From assembly GCA_046563655.1 (NCBI GenBank), contig CM102286.1:10106001-10170000 (forward strand): a stretch of DNA of 64,000 bases, read 5' to 3'. A program made the translations under genes and the position numbers. The stretch is from Yuukianura sp. NJ FZ-2021 (lineage: Eukaryota). The number at the start of each line of letters is the position of its first letter. Within the stretch, counting starts at the first letter, position 1. A model generated the notes under the pieces. That model saw nothing but the letters and a program-made list of their open reading frames with translations. It ran no database searches and was not told where the DNA came from. Below are positions 34,522 to 47,500 of this stretch, piece after piece.

Positions 34522-36983
34522 ACTCTTACTCGGCTGCAGCACTCGCACTCGCCGTCGCAGCGTCAAATTCCTCCGCCAATTCTTTTAACGCCGGAGGCAC
34601 ACTCTCCGCAGGCTCTTCATCTACCAACTCCGACATTCTGCCGGGTCAAGTGACCAATGGAAATGGCAACAGTGTTGCCACCACGCCACATTCCCACCAT
34701 CATGCCACCTCCAGTGGCTACTACTACCCCGACTACTGTCTCCACAAGGAGGATACCAACAGTTCCAACACCAGACCCAACAGTGGCAGCAGTGCCAACT
34801 AATCAGTTTCAACCAAAATTCGAGTTTAGCAATTCTAACAATTAAATTCTCAGAAAAACTCAATAGAAATAGGTTTTATTTCCTAAAACTAGCACTAAAA
34901 CTATACTTGCTGCGACGGAAGAGAGCTCAAGATAAAATTCATAGCGTTACAACTTACACAATTACTAAAACTATTGGTACTTAAGGATCGAGCTTAAGGA
35001 TTAAAATTGTCTAGTAGTCCAAGTATCATAAAACAACTAAAGCATTGGAAATTGGTAAAATAATGTTGAAATTAAGAATTAAGCATAGTTAAATGATTTG
35101 TCAAAATAAGATCAACTACGTTTGTCAAAAGTAGGTTTCATTAGTTAGTTTTGAATGAAAATGTGCTTGTTGTAATTTGTAATTCTGAGTAACATGTGAA
35201 AGTAATTTTTGAAAATATTTAAATAAGGTCAAACTAGTCAGGCGTAGAGGAAAGTAAGAAATCCAGCAACAGTTGAATAACCCTGCGTGTGATTAATTTT
35301 AATTTGTGATTAACACTTTCTCTGTATTAACTTATTATTACTTTTGTTTAGTTTTGAACAATGGAAAATAGAAAATTCAGCTCTCACTTTCTAAGTTCAA
35401 CTGCCGTTGACAATTAAATTCCGAAACGCAGTGGTAACAATAAGTAGAAAAACAGAAGTGAACTTTTATGTCATCTAATTTCACAGTCTAGTTAGCATTT
35501 CGTGAATTCTTTTATAACTTGAGCTTAAGCATGCGATATTCGCTTTCACTAAGGAAGTATGGTCCAGTTTTTGTTTCGTTAAAATTAAAAACCAATTTTG
35601 AAATATGTAAACGTTGTGACTGTCTGGCAGACAGTGTTTGATGGAGTGACTTCTATTTTCATTTAACTTGTATTAATAATAAAATGTCCTAAAGTTATTG
35701 AAAATAGTTCTTTGATTAGGTATGGCCAACTAAGCTAAATGTAAATAAAAAAAAATTCTCGTAGGCCACTGTAGGCTGATGTTCGCATTAGTAAAACTGG
35801 GTGAATAATTTGGTTTGGAAATCACCAACGTTATTTGAACTAAAGCGACTGTCATCCAAACGGGGTTACAGCGAAATTTGGTGTGATTTTCTGATTTTCA
35901 TGTAGCTCTTGAATTCCTGGATCTCTTTTTACAAAAATTACTCAAAGACGAAGTTTGTGTTTATGTTTGGGCGAAAAACTCTTAAGTGATACCTAGTTTG
36001 GACGAATTGAACATACAGTTTAAGGTTGTTTGAAAGCCACTTTGCGAAATTAAATTTGATTCAATTTTGCAAGTTTTCATGTATGGTTTGATTGGAAGGT
36101 CCAGCGGCCACTATGAATTTTGATGTCTAGTCACGTTATTACAGATGAGGTGTAGACTAGACTCATTGAATTTGTAATTTAGAAAAAAAAATGTGGGTCA
36201 GAAGGGTGAAGTTCCATTGAGAACAGGTTATTGTCTTTCAGGAAGCCGAAGAGGATGAGCTCCTTAACCGGCACGAAGACCACGTCAAAATGTAGGCAAT
36301 GAGTAAATGTCGAATAAATTTGAAAAAAATTATGGTTTGGACGTTTAGTCATAATTTACAATTCATAATACTTGGTTTATTCAAACAAGAATGAACAGAA
36401 ACTGCTTAAATTCCACACAACATCTAAAGGCGTGGCACCTTTTCCATTCAAAAATTGAATGAAAAATCGTAACCTTTTAACATTATCTGGAACAAAAGTT
36501 ATTAAAAGTCAATTTAGTAAAAATAACGCAGGTCGATTATTACAAAAACATAAGTTTTTACTGTAGTTGACACGGTATATTTACTGCATTATTTTTGTAT
36601 AGTCTAATAAACTACTGTTGTCCTGTACTTAAGTCTAACATAAGTGAAATCTTACAATTTAAACAAACTTACTAAGGAATACAAAAATAGAAAACCCAAA
36701 TGACGCTTAAGGTTAAGCTTTCACTTTTTACATTACAAAAGTAAAAGGAGTGAAAGATGTTAAGTTTCCCTGAAATAGCACTTAACAAATCATATAACTT
36801 AAATTAAGAATCTCCTTTTTCCACCACATGTTCAACTTAATTAAATGTCAGGCTGACCACGTAAATTTCTATTTGCTTCTGTGGCTGCTCAATGGAACGG
36901 AAGTTTCCTTGTGCATACGTTTTAAACTTAGGAAGTTAAGCCAATTGTACAAAAAAATTAAACGGATTTCGGTGCTACACACT

Positions 36984-39003
36984 TTACAGATGTGGAATTT
37001 CTGAGCAGGGAAATTTAGCAATGCAGTCTCCGTTGTGTTGACCATGGGAAATTGCACCTTCCAGTCCACGAAGGATATTGTCATACTTCGGGTTGTAAGT
37101 TACATAGCTAAAAAAGAAAACAGGTACAGCAATTAGCATTATTTATGATTTTGTAAAAACGATTTGGTTTGAATTTGGACCAAAAATGATTTGAATTTAA
37201 GCAAGCCAATTTAAAATTTTAATGCGGTCCGTTCAAATGGAGCGGTGCTCATCTTAGTTCGAATTCTAATTGCGTTACCCTAAATCGGACATGAAGCAAA
37301 AAATTAAGAAACATATTGGAAAACACTTTCTCTCCCAGACGCGTCAATTTGAATTTTGTGTCAACGTATAAATCTCACCATGTTTACATTTTAGCACCAA
37401 TTTGAAAGACCACAATATAAGCTGCAAGTATAATTTTACAATTCCAAAAGTGAAATTGCAGGAAGTTATTAAAGTTTAATTTGGCCACCGGAAAAGAGTT
37501 TTAAATGTAAAACGTTGGTAATATTTTTCTACGTTTTAGGGTTAACTTATTTCTTATACGACGTAATATTAATTTTTTGCCTTAAACTTTTGACAAAATT
37601 ATTTTCAAATGAAACGGCCTTATAAATTGGTACAAAATATGTTTAAGGCTCATCTTCACAAAGGGGAAAATTTTTGGTGAAAAGTTGATTAACCCGAGCA
37701 CATACTGACTCACTAGCGTTCCATTTTACATTCTTGATCATTTTTTGTAAAGTGGAAAAGCCGGCTTTTTCAGGCACTTGTATGAACGAAATGGGTCAAA
37801 AGAGTCAATGCAGGGGAATGGTCTGTATGACCTCAGTTCTGGGCATAACGGGTCATCCGAGCCCACATCAACGATCCTGACTCAATTGCCAAAATACAAA
37901 ATACTGGTACATACTGACCAGTTTTTGCCCAATTCCTACCAATTTCCCTGACAGAATGTGGTATCAATAAGAGTGTCATAAGGCTAAGACCTACTTTAAC
38001 TTGCGAACTCACAACACCTTCTCTTACCTCATTTATTAAATAAAAGGAAAATTCATAATACCCTGTTGTGGGAATCGCAAGTACTACAAGGAGCGGAAGC
38101 TGTTTTCAAGGCAAAGGGCATTGGCGTTTGCTACGTACTTAAAAGCTTGAAACCACTCTTTTTACCAAGAAAAGCTACAAAACTAGTCCGGACATCAAAA
38201 ATTAATGCCTGTCACTGCTTATGAGAACTAGGGAACCCGATTACTCTGGTTCAAACAAAGCTAAAAAGTAAAGTAAGACAAAAGGAATGAAATTGACAAC
38301 AAATAATTTGTAGTAAATACAACTTTTGTTTTGTACTTTCAAAATTATTGTATCAATTCAGTGTGATTTTAGGATACTAAAGTGAATGCATTAAAATTCA
38401 TTAAAAAAGTGACAACCAAAATATAAAAAAGACTTACTTTTGTGCGAATTTTGCTCCTTTAATCATAAGTTTGGAGACTTTGAGGTAGCTTTTGGCCGAT
38501 GCTGGATTTTCACAAGCTACGCGGTGAAAGCATGTGTAGTCATCTGTACTTGAGCCAAGGAGATAGGTCAGCATGAGCAGTATTTCACCCTCGGTCATAA
38601 GTGGATTTGAACTTTTTTGACCATCCACTGACCTGCCCCATCCATGGTCATGACCTTTGTAGCCTCCCTTGAAGCTTACTCCGCCAAAGTAGAAGAGCCC
38701 AATTCCAAAAATAACTGCTTTGAGCACTATGAGAATCAGGAGGTTCGTAAGATTCAGTGTTAGCACTTCAGAGGCGGAGTGAGACCGAGCTAGGGCTTTT
38801 GTAATTTCCACAATTGCAGTTGTTGTTGACTTTTCGGGTTTATTAGGCTGGAGTTGACGGGATTTGGCTGCCAGGAGGAGGGCTTTTTGGTCAGAAGTCA
38901 ACGAAGGACTCCGCCTCCGTGTCACTTTCCCTGTAGCTCCCAAAGCACTTCCAAGAAGGGCCACTGTGATGACAAAGTACAATACGAAGCTTAGTTTACC
39001 CAT
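36984..39003 (-). CDS. Signal-peptide protein with internal hydrophobic segment and DM4/DM12-like cysteine domain; exons 39003-38438 and 37107-36984 (229 aa)
   Basis: Signal peptide and CFHRVACE in exon 1. After a phase-2 GT-AG intron, exon 2 reads YDNILRGLEGAISHGQHNGDCIAKFPC then stop. Confidence 0.75.
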
Positions 39004-41576
39004 TTTCAAAAAAAAATTACTCTATAGATAGGCTAGTCAAATTTGATAAAGTGGCGTCCTCTAAAGACTGAAATTTGTTGGGAGATGTGGACCTTCGTAG
39101 ACAGAATAACAGAATGAGACAACTTCACTCAGTTTTTTCGGAATTGGCAATAATTGCCAGTGCAGAAAACTGGTTGGTCTACTCTCTTGACCAAAGTTAC
39201 CTTGACAGTGGACTTGGAAAAGGAAGTGACTACCACATTAAATACGTTGAAATGAACACTGGGGAAGAACCTAACTTAAGGGGTACTCCCGGTTTCAATG
39301 GTTCACACTATCCCTTGGGAATTTATCATTCAACAACAACCAAAGAATCTTGCAAAATACGACCACAGTGAAGCTAAAAGGGCAAGAGTCAATGAATGCC
39401 GGGTGGGATGCGTTTTCAAAGTAAGTTATTGGCCTAATACGAAACAACCGTCCTCTCAAAGCTAACTTTCAGTATTTTCCTCGATGGCAACGAAACTATG
39501 TCATTTCTACAACGCAGTTGACAGTTTAAGTTCGTTTTTGGCATAACAAGGCAAAAAGAACAAAAAGGAATGTAATTGCGTTGTCGCTTCAAATCACAAA
39601 TGTTGAGTAATTTATGGGCGAGTAAAAATGTTTGTTGGGCGGAATTGTTCTGAAGAGTCAAAGCGGAACCAAATTAAACTAATTGGAAACAAAATGAGAA
39701 ATGCAATAAGGATTATCTAATTGCTGACATTTAGCATTGTCATCCACAAAGTTCAGAGTGTCAACGTGACACACTTCGGTGCATTTTCACTTTTACTTTT
39801 TCGACAATGTACACCGCGGTTATCAAATATTAGACGCAGATGACACATGAGCGCGATAACTTCGGTGAATAGTTTTTTTTTTTTTTTGAAAAATTTTTGC
39901 TTCTAAACCAATTTAATTTACATTCACAAAATCTAATTTCATGATGTCGTTAAACAGGAAGAAATTTTAAATCAACAAAATGGAAACTTTTTGAACAAAA
40001 AACAATATTCATTCGATTTCGATAGTGATTCGAAAGCTAGAGAGAAATTTTTTGGAATAATGCGCGGGAGTCGGAAAGTAACAATGCCTGAGATTTTTCT
40101 TTTAGAAAGCTCTGTAATTATTTGCAAGGGAAACGTATAATCCAAACGAAGATTCCGGAAATCAGTTTTTATCGTTTTAAAAAGAACATTATTTCACCTG
40201 TTCAACAATTGTTAGCACCAAATCAAGCGTGGTTTTATTTAAATATAAAACGAGAAAAGCATTCTAAGGTGTCAAATGGAACAAATGTCATTTTTCATTG
40301 ACTGTCATAAAAATGAAGGCGTTCGCATTCTGACGCCTGATTCTATTGTTGTCACATGAGAACTATCGTATGACCGGAGAGACTTCAAAGTATTTGTTCG
40401 ACCTCATACACATTCATTTCCACCGCCAAAAGAACTTTTTCTTATTGAGCGGAACCCATTTTCACTTTCAACAATTTCCAATTCCAATTTTAAAAATTTG
40501 GCACGGACATAACACCTCAACTCAAAATAGGCAATTGTAATTATTTTCTCATCCGGAAATTCTTAATCCTCGTTTTCGCTTTTTTTTAATTTTAATGTTC
40601 TTTTAAAATTTTTGTACCGCTTTCACTGATTTCATTTGAGATTTTCCTTTAACATTGAAATGGAAATCGTATTTTTATGACGTTTCAATGACGGCTATTC
40701 AAAACTTGACAATTTAATTTAATCCTTGATTATTCCAAATGGTTAAGTATTCATGAACATCATAAGCCGAATATGAAGTACTAAAAATACGGTACAGTGA
40801 TTTAAGTTACTTTCATTCCACTTACTATTATAATTGTAAAAGTACATTAAAAACGTTTCTTAGCTGATTCGTCGGTTAAATTGTTGTTACATACAGCTTA
40901 TTCAGTGACTTAACGTAAATTGTTGAATGCAGCAGTCGGAAGTCGTATGATCATAAGTTGACAATTAGTTTCCTGGCATATAGCTTTACTGTCAAGCCAC
41001 GATGCGTACTTCCCTAATAATTAAATGCTGACTCTTCTTTTGCTTGAGAAACCGATTCCTGAAAATACGTTTAACTTCAAACTTTCTATTTCGTTTGGTC
41101 TATTTTATTTCTATTCCTAAGTGCAAAAGTTCCTATTAATTGTATAAACTCTCAGTCATTGTATGTCGCTGTCATTTTGGGGAAGTGTAATTACTTCCGT
41201 TCAAGTTCCTTGTTGATAAAATTATGTCCGCTGTTACACTAATTGTTACAATTCAAAATGTGAAATGATTAGCACCAACATGCACATGACGCAACTTCAA
41301 TTGTTATGTCAATCTCTCTTTACTATTACTGGGTTGGCTACGAAACTCGGTATACTTATGATACTTTTGATACCATAAAATTAAAAATATGAATAATAAA
41401 TAATAAAATGACGACTTAAAACAATCGATGGATCTGTGATTCTTGAATTTCTTAGTAATGAAGAAGTGTGATTACAAATATAAAAGTGTTGTACTGAAAA
41501 TCAGTCCTAAAATTATTTATCTCCAGTAGAAAAAAATTGGCAAAATTCATTGGACATGTCCGTTAGGTGCAATGTC

Positions 41577-44500
41577 TGTTTGGGAGATTTGAGTCGACTC
41601 ACAGGATTAAGGTTTTATTTTAGGATTTTTTAAGCTTTCAACAAAATGTCTTTAGTTTCTTACAATTCAATTTTACATTTCCTATCTTGTTAGCATACAC
41701 GCGTCGCAATTCTTATTTTTAGACTACCTCTTTTAGTGTCGTGCGCAAAACCGGACTGTGTCCAGCACACTTTTTCAATTTCATCAGTCAGTCTTGTACT
41801 AGAGTCCTTTGGTAGTAGTCTCTCTGCTAACGTCTTCTTTTCTTTGGTCCGTCGACCTCTGCATAGAGTCGACTCTTTCGAACAGTAAATAAAGTTAATT
41901 AAGTAGAAGAATTGGAGGTCAACTTGGAATCGTTGGTCATTGTCAGTTCGGGATAGCACACAGGGTCGTCCCTTCGTTTCTGCAGTGTCAACCGGGTTCT
42001 TTCAATCCACTTTTTACTTAGATTAGACTTTAATTGCTCATTTTCATTCAAAATTAGATACAGTCGGAAATTAACCATCATTTTTTGGTCCTAATCGAAC
42101 CAGATTTCGTTAACTAAGTTCCAATCATGGGCGATTTACTAAAATTGATTTATTCCAGAGCTGCAATTAAAACGAAGTTGAAGAGGATTGAGGGCGACCT
42201 CACCTCCAGACAACAAGCTCCTGACAGTGTCACAATCGCTCAAGTCAAGGTCACGTCGGAAGAGATCACGCGCATTGAAACCAAATATGAAAACATTCAA
42301 GAACAGATTGTCAACGCAATTACAACGGAGGAGGATTTGGTCGTCCAAGTTGAGGCTGGGGAACAAATCGACAGTCTTCTACTGTCATGTAAGATCATTC
42401 TGGCCGATTTTACTGCCATGCTCAATCCACCCAGCTCAAATGCAAGTACATTGTCTTCGTCATCTGTACAAGGCGCTGTGACGACACAAGTCAATGACCA
42501 GTCACAAGGTACTGTGTCGACACAATCCAGAGTCCGTCTTCCAAAATTAGATCTGCCTAGTTTCGAAGGAAACTATGATGACTGGATTACCTTCCGTGAC
42601 CGCTTCTCTTCATGCATCGTCAACAACAACACACTGTCAGGCAGCGAAAAGCTCCAGTACCTCGTCTCGTGTGTCAAGGGAGAAGCAGCCATAGGGATTT
42701 CCAATTTCCCTATCACCAACGACAGCTTCGATGCTGCCTGGAAGACACTACAGGACAGATACGAGAACACACGAGAGATTGTCTTCGCTCTAATCAGGAA
42801 ACTCATGCAGCAGAGCAAAGTAACTTCAGAAAATGCATCTCATTTACGCAAATTAGTGGATACAACGATGCAATGCTTGAGATCATTGGAGAACTTGGGT
42901 CGACCCACTGACCAGTGGGATGATCTCATCGTCTACACATTAGTCGAGAAAATGGACAATGACTCACGCCGTGAATGGGCAAGGCAGCTTCATGGAACTG
43001 AAATGCCTACTACAAAAGATGTCATTGACTTTCTGGAAGACCAGATACGGGGACTCTTGGCCAGTTCCTTATCTACTGCAAAGGTTAAGTCGGATAAGAC
43101 CACACACAACAAGAAAGGCTCTCATGCAGCAAATGAAATGAAGTCGACTTCATGTCGAAAGTGTGATGGGTCACATCCCATATTCAAATGTCAACAATTC
43201 ATTGACCTGGTCGTCCAGGATAGGCTCAATTTTGCCAAAGGAAATAATCTTTGTTTCAATTGTCTATTTCGAGGTCATGGCTCAAACAAATGCCTATCCA
43301 AGGGTACTTGCCGTCACTGTGGACGCAAGCACCACACCTTGCTCCACTTGGACAAGGTCAGCGGAGGACAACAACCTCCCACCCAACAACCACCTGCCAC
43401 CACGCAGCAGCCTACGGTCTCCAGCAACCATGCTAGAGGAAAGGGAGTCATCTTGGCAACAGCTCTCATTCAGATGGAAGACAGCACGGGTTCTCTCCAG
43501 TCTGTTCGAGCCTTCCTTGACCCGGGGTCAGAATCCTCATTTGTAACTGACAAATGTGCGAGTCGACTCGGCCTTCAACGAAGGAAGTGTGACGTCACCA
43601 TCAGTGGAGTTGGTTCCACTACCGTATGTAAATCAAAGAGTCAGGTTTTTTGCAAAATGATTTCAATGCACAATGAGTTTACCCTAACTGTCGATGCTTT
43701 AGTCTTGCCTAAAGTTACAGGGTATCTACCCTCGTTCTCATGCGGAGACGAGTGGAAACAGTGGAAGCACATCAGGAACATTGCACTGGCAGATCCGAAG
43801 TTTTATCAACCTGGAGAAGTGGACATCCTCATTGGCGCTGATGCCACTGAACGGATCTTCACTAATAACAAACTTTTGGGTCGTCCCAATGAACCTATTG
43901 CCAGATCGTCTGAATTTGGATGGGTGATTTTGGGGCCAGTGAATATTCAAACAAACGCCAACCATGTCCAATCATCGGTTTCGTCAATCTGTGTTCATTC
44001 AGCTCACGTGGGACTGGATGAAACTCTTCAAAGACTCTGGGAGCTGGAAGCTGTGTCGACACACCCAGTCCTAACTGAAGAAGAGGCTCAAGCGGAAGAA
44101 CACTTCCGGAAGAATCACTCTCGTCTTGAAGATGGAAGGTATGTCATTCCCTTGCCATTCAACAATCGCATTTCAGAACTGGGTCACTCTCGACACGCTG
44201 CTGAGAGTCGACTCTACCAAGTGGAAAGAAGGCTGAACAAGGATGCCTTAAGGAGGAAACAGTACAATGAGTTCATGCATGAGTACGTAGCATTGGGACA
44301 CATGGAAGAGGCTCCAATTCATACTGAAACTGAGTCGTCGCCAGTCACCACTTACTACTTGCCTCATCACTTTGTGCTGAAGGATGATAGCGCGACGACC
44401 AAACTCCGTGTAGTCTTTGATGGGTCGTCCCAGTCTACTTCAGGCGTAAGTCTAAACAAGTGTCTGCTGGTTGGACCCACTGTTCAACCAGACCTTTTCA

Positions 44501-47500
44501 CTCATCTTTTGAGGTTTCGCCAATTTTCGGTTGCCATTAAGGCCGACATCGCCAAGATGTATCGGCAGTTTTTAGTCTCTCCACAGGACATGGACTTCCA
44601 GCGGATCCTGTGGCGACACAGCCCTGACACTCCAATCAAAGAGTACAGGCTGAGAACGGTGACCTATGGCACTTCTTCTGCTCCTTTCTCTGCCACCAGG
44701 GCCCTGAGTCAACTCAGCGAAGATGGGAAGGAGTCATTTCCAGTTGGTTCCGAAATTCTGAGGAACAATTTCTATGTGGACGATCTCATGAACAGTGTGG
44801 ACTCAGCCGAGTCAGCCATCACAATTTACAAAGAGTTGGATGAGCTGCTTGGGTCGTCCCAATTAGAGCTCCGTCAGTGGGATTCTAATTGCAAAGAGCT
44901 TCTAAACGTCATTGGTGAGTCTAAGGTCAAAGGTAAAAGGACTCATGATCTAACTAAATGTGAAGTGTCCAAGGCCTTGGGAATCCAGTGGGACTCTGAC
45001 CTTGACATTCTTTCTTTTCCAAGTCACAAGTTTCAGGTACCCTACGTCACGAGGAAGTCAGTCTTGAGTGAAGCGGCACGAATCTTTGACCCGCTCGGGC
45101 TACTGGCTCCTTTCACGGTTCGGCTTAAGATATTCTTCCAACAACTCTGGTCTCCATGCGAAGGAACCGGAAGGAGGTTATCTTGGGACGACCCAATTCC
45201 AGAGACTCTGTTCCACCATTGGGAGGAGTATCGTAAGGGCATTGCTAAATTGCATTCAGTTTCACTTCCTAGGTGCCTGTCTCCAGCAGGATTTACACAT
45301 CAAGAACTTCATACGTTCTCAGACGCTTCAGAGAAAGCATACGCTGCAGTAGTCTACCTACGAAGCTTTCTTCCCTCTGGAGTCGTCTCCATTAGACTGG
45401 TCGCAGCCAAAACCAAAGTAGCTCCGTTGAAGGCAACGAGTCTTCCACGCCTTGAGCTTTGTGGAGCGTACCTCGCCTCCAAACTCTTCACTTCAGTCGT
45501 TGAGGCCTTGAACCTCAAGTGTCCAGTCCATTTCTGGACTGATAGCGAGATCACGCTGACGTGGATCTCCTCGACCTCACGACGCTGGACAACATTTGTG
45601 GCCAACAGAGTGGCTCAAATTCAGGAACTGACGCCCGTTGGCTCATGGCATTTCATTCCAGGGCATCTCAACCCAGCCGACTGTGCCTCCAGAGGCATCC
45701 AAATCGAGGATTTGGTCGACCAAGAGCTGTGGTGGGACGTCCCAATTCTACAGAGTTCTGAATTTCCTAAGTTTGAAGGATCTAAGCCAATTTTCGATTC
45801 AGAACAATTGGAGGAGAGAAAAGTCAAAGTTACAATGTCTAATTTTCTTTTTGATTCTGTGTTTCAGAAATTTTCAACTTTGGATCCTCTGCTGAGACGA
45901 GTTGGATACCTCATGCGGTTTATCCAATCGTGCAGGACCAAAGTAAGGCCAACGACACCATTACTCACAGCAGAGGAGCTCAAATTGGCACTTTGGAAAT
46001 GCTGCTGCATAGCACAAGAGGTCGACCTCTCAGAAGACTTAGAGCGACTGTCACAAGGAAAGTCACTTCTCAAGTCGAGTCGACTCATTCAGTTCAACCC
46101 ATTTGCGGATTCCTTCGGTCTCATTCGCGTCGGAGGAAGAATCATGCGTGCAGAAGTTCCACACGAACAAAAGCACCAAATCATTTTGACTGCCTCATCT
46201 CACTTAACGCTGCTGATTGTGAGACACTTCCACCGAAAGCATCATCATGCTGGGAGTCGACTCCTTCAGGCACTCATCAATCGCGAGTTTTGGATTCTAC
46301 GAGGAAAGAATCTCATCAAATCGGTCGTCCGATCCTGCCTCGTCTGTCGTCGATGGAGAGGCAAAGTAGCGGAGCAGATGATGGGCAACTTGCCCGCTCC
46401 GAGGGTAAATCCTTCCCCTCCGTTCACAAACACGGGGGTGGACTACGCAGGGCCATTCAGCCTAAAAACAATTAAAGGGCGAGGAGGTAAAATATTTAAA
46501 GGATACTTATGTGTTTTTGTCTGTTTCGCAGTTAAAGCTGTCCACTTGGAAGTTGTGTCGTCACAAGACACCGACTCATTCATCGCCACATTTAAGAGAT
46601 TCATATCTCGACGTGGAGTACCATTGAACATGTACTCAGATTGCGGAAGCAATTTTGTGGGAGCATCTAAAGAGCTCAAAGAGTATGTGGCTGGGTCGAC
46701 CCAAAGCCCTTCGTTTTTGTCTTTTATTTCAGGAGAAGGGATAACTTGGCACTTTAACTCGCCAGCAGCACCTCACCATGGAGGACTCTGGGAATCTGCA
46801 GTAAGACAGGCAAAATTCCATTTGCATCGGGTCGTGGGAAGTACAACCCTGACCATAGAAGAGTTCTACACTATCTCCAGTCAAGTCGAAGCAGCCCTAA
46901 ATTCGAGACCGTTGACCCCAATGAGCGACAATCCAGAGGACTTTGACATTCTCACTCCTGGTCACTTCCTACTGGGTCGTCCCATTCTGGCTTTACCTCA
47001 ACCGGACTACACACCAATTCAAGAGAACCGTTTGTCACGCTGGCAACGCACAGAGAAGATGTTCCAGGAGTTCTGGAATCGGTGGAGCACAGAGTACCTC
47101 ACCACATTACAAGGACGCGGAAAGTGGAGATCTCTACATAAGGACATTGCCGTTGGAGATCTTGTGGCCATCAAGGACCCCAATTTGCCGCCAATGAAGT
47201 GGAAACTTGGACGTGTTTCATCAGTCTCCCCAGGAGCAGACGGCAAAGTCAGAGTCGTCTCTGTGAAGACGGCCACAGGGGAATTTACTCGACCAATCGT
47301 CAAGTTAGTCCCGCTACTGGAAAATGATCAACTGGATCCCCCATTACAACGTCTACTTTTTCGTCCAAGTCGTAACTTACAACAATTTTAACTTTACAAT
47401 TAGGATTACAATTAGTTTTACAACTAGTTTTTGCAGATAAGTTTTATTCATTTACCATTCTCTTCTAGGTATTCAAGTACAAGCCCTATGCTTAGTACTT

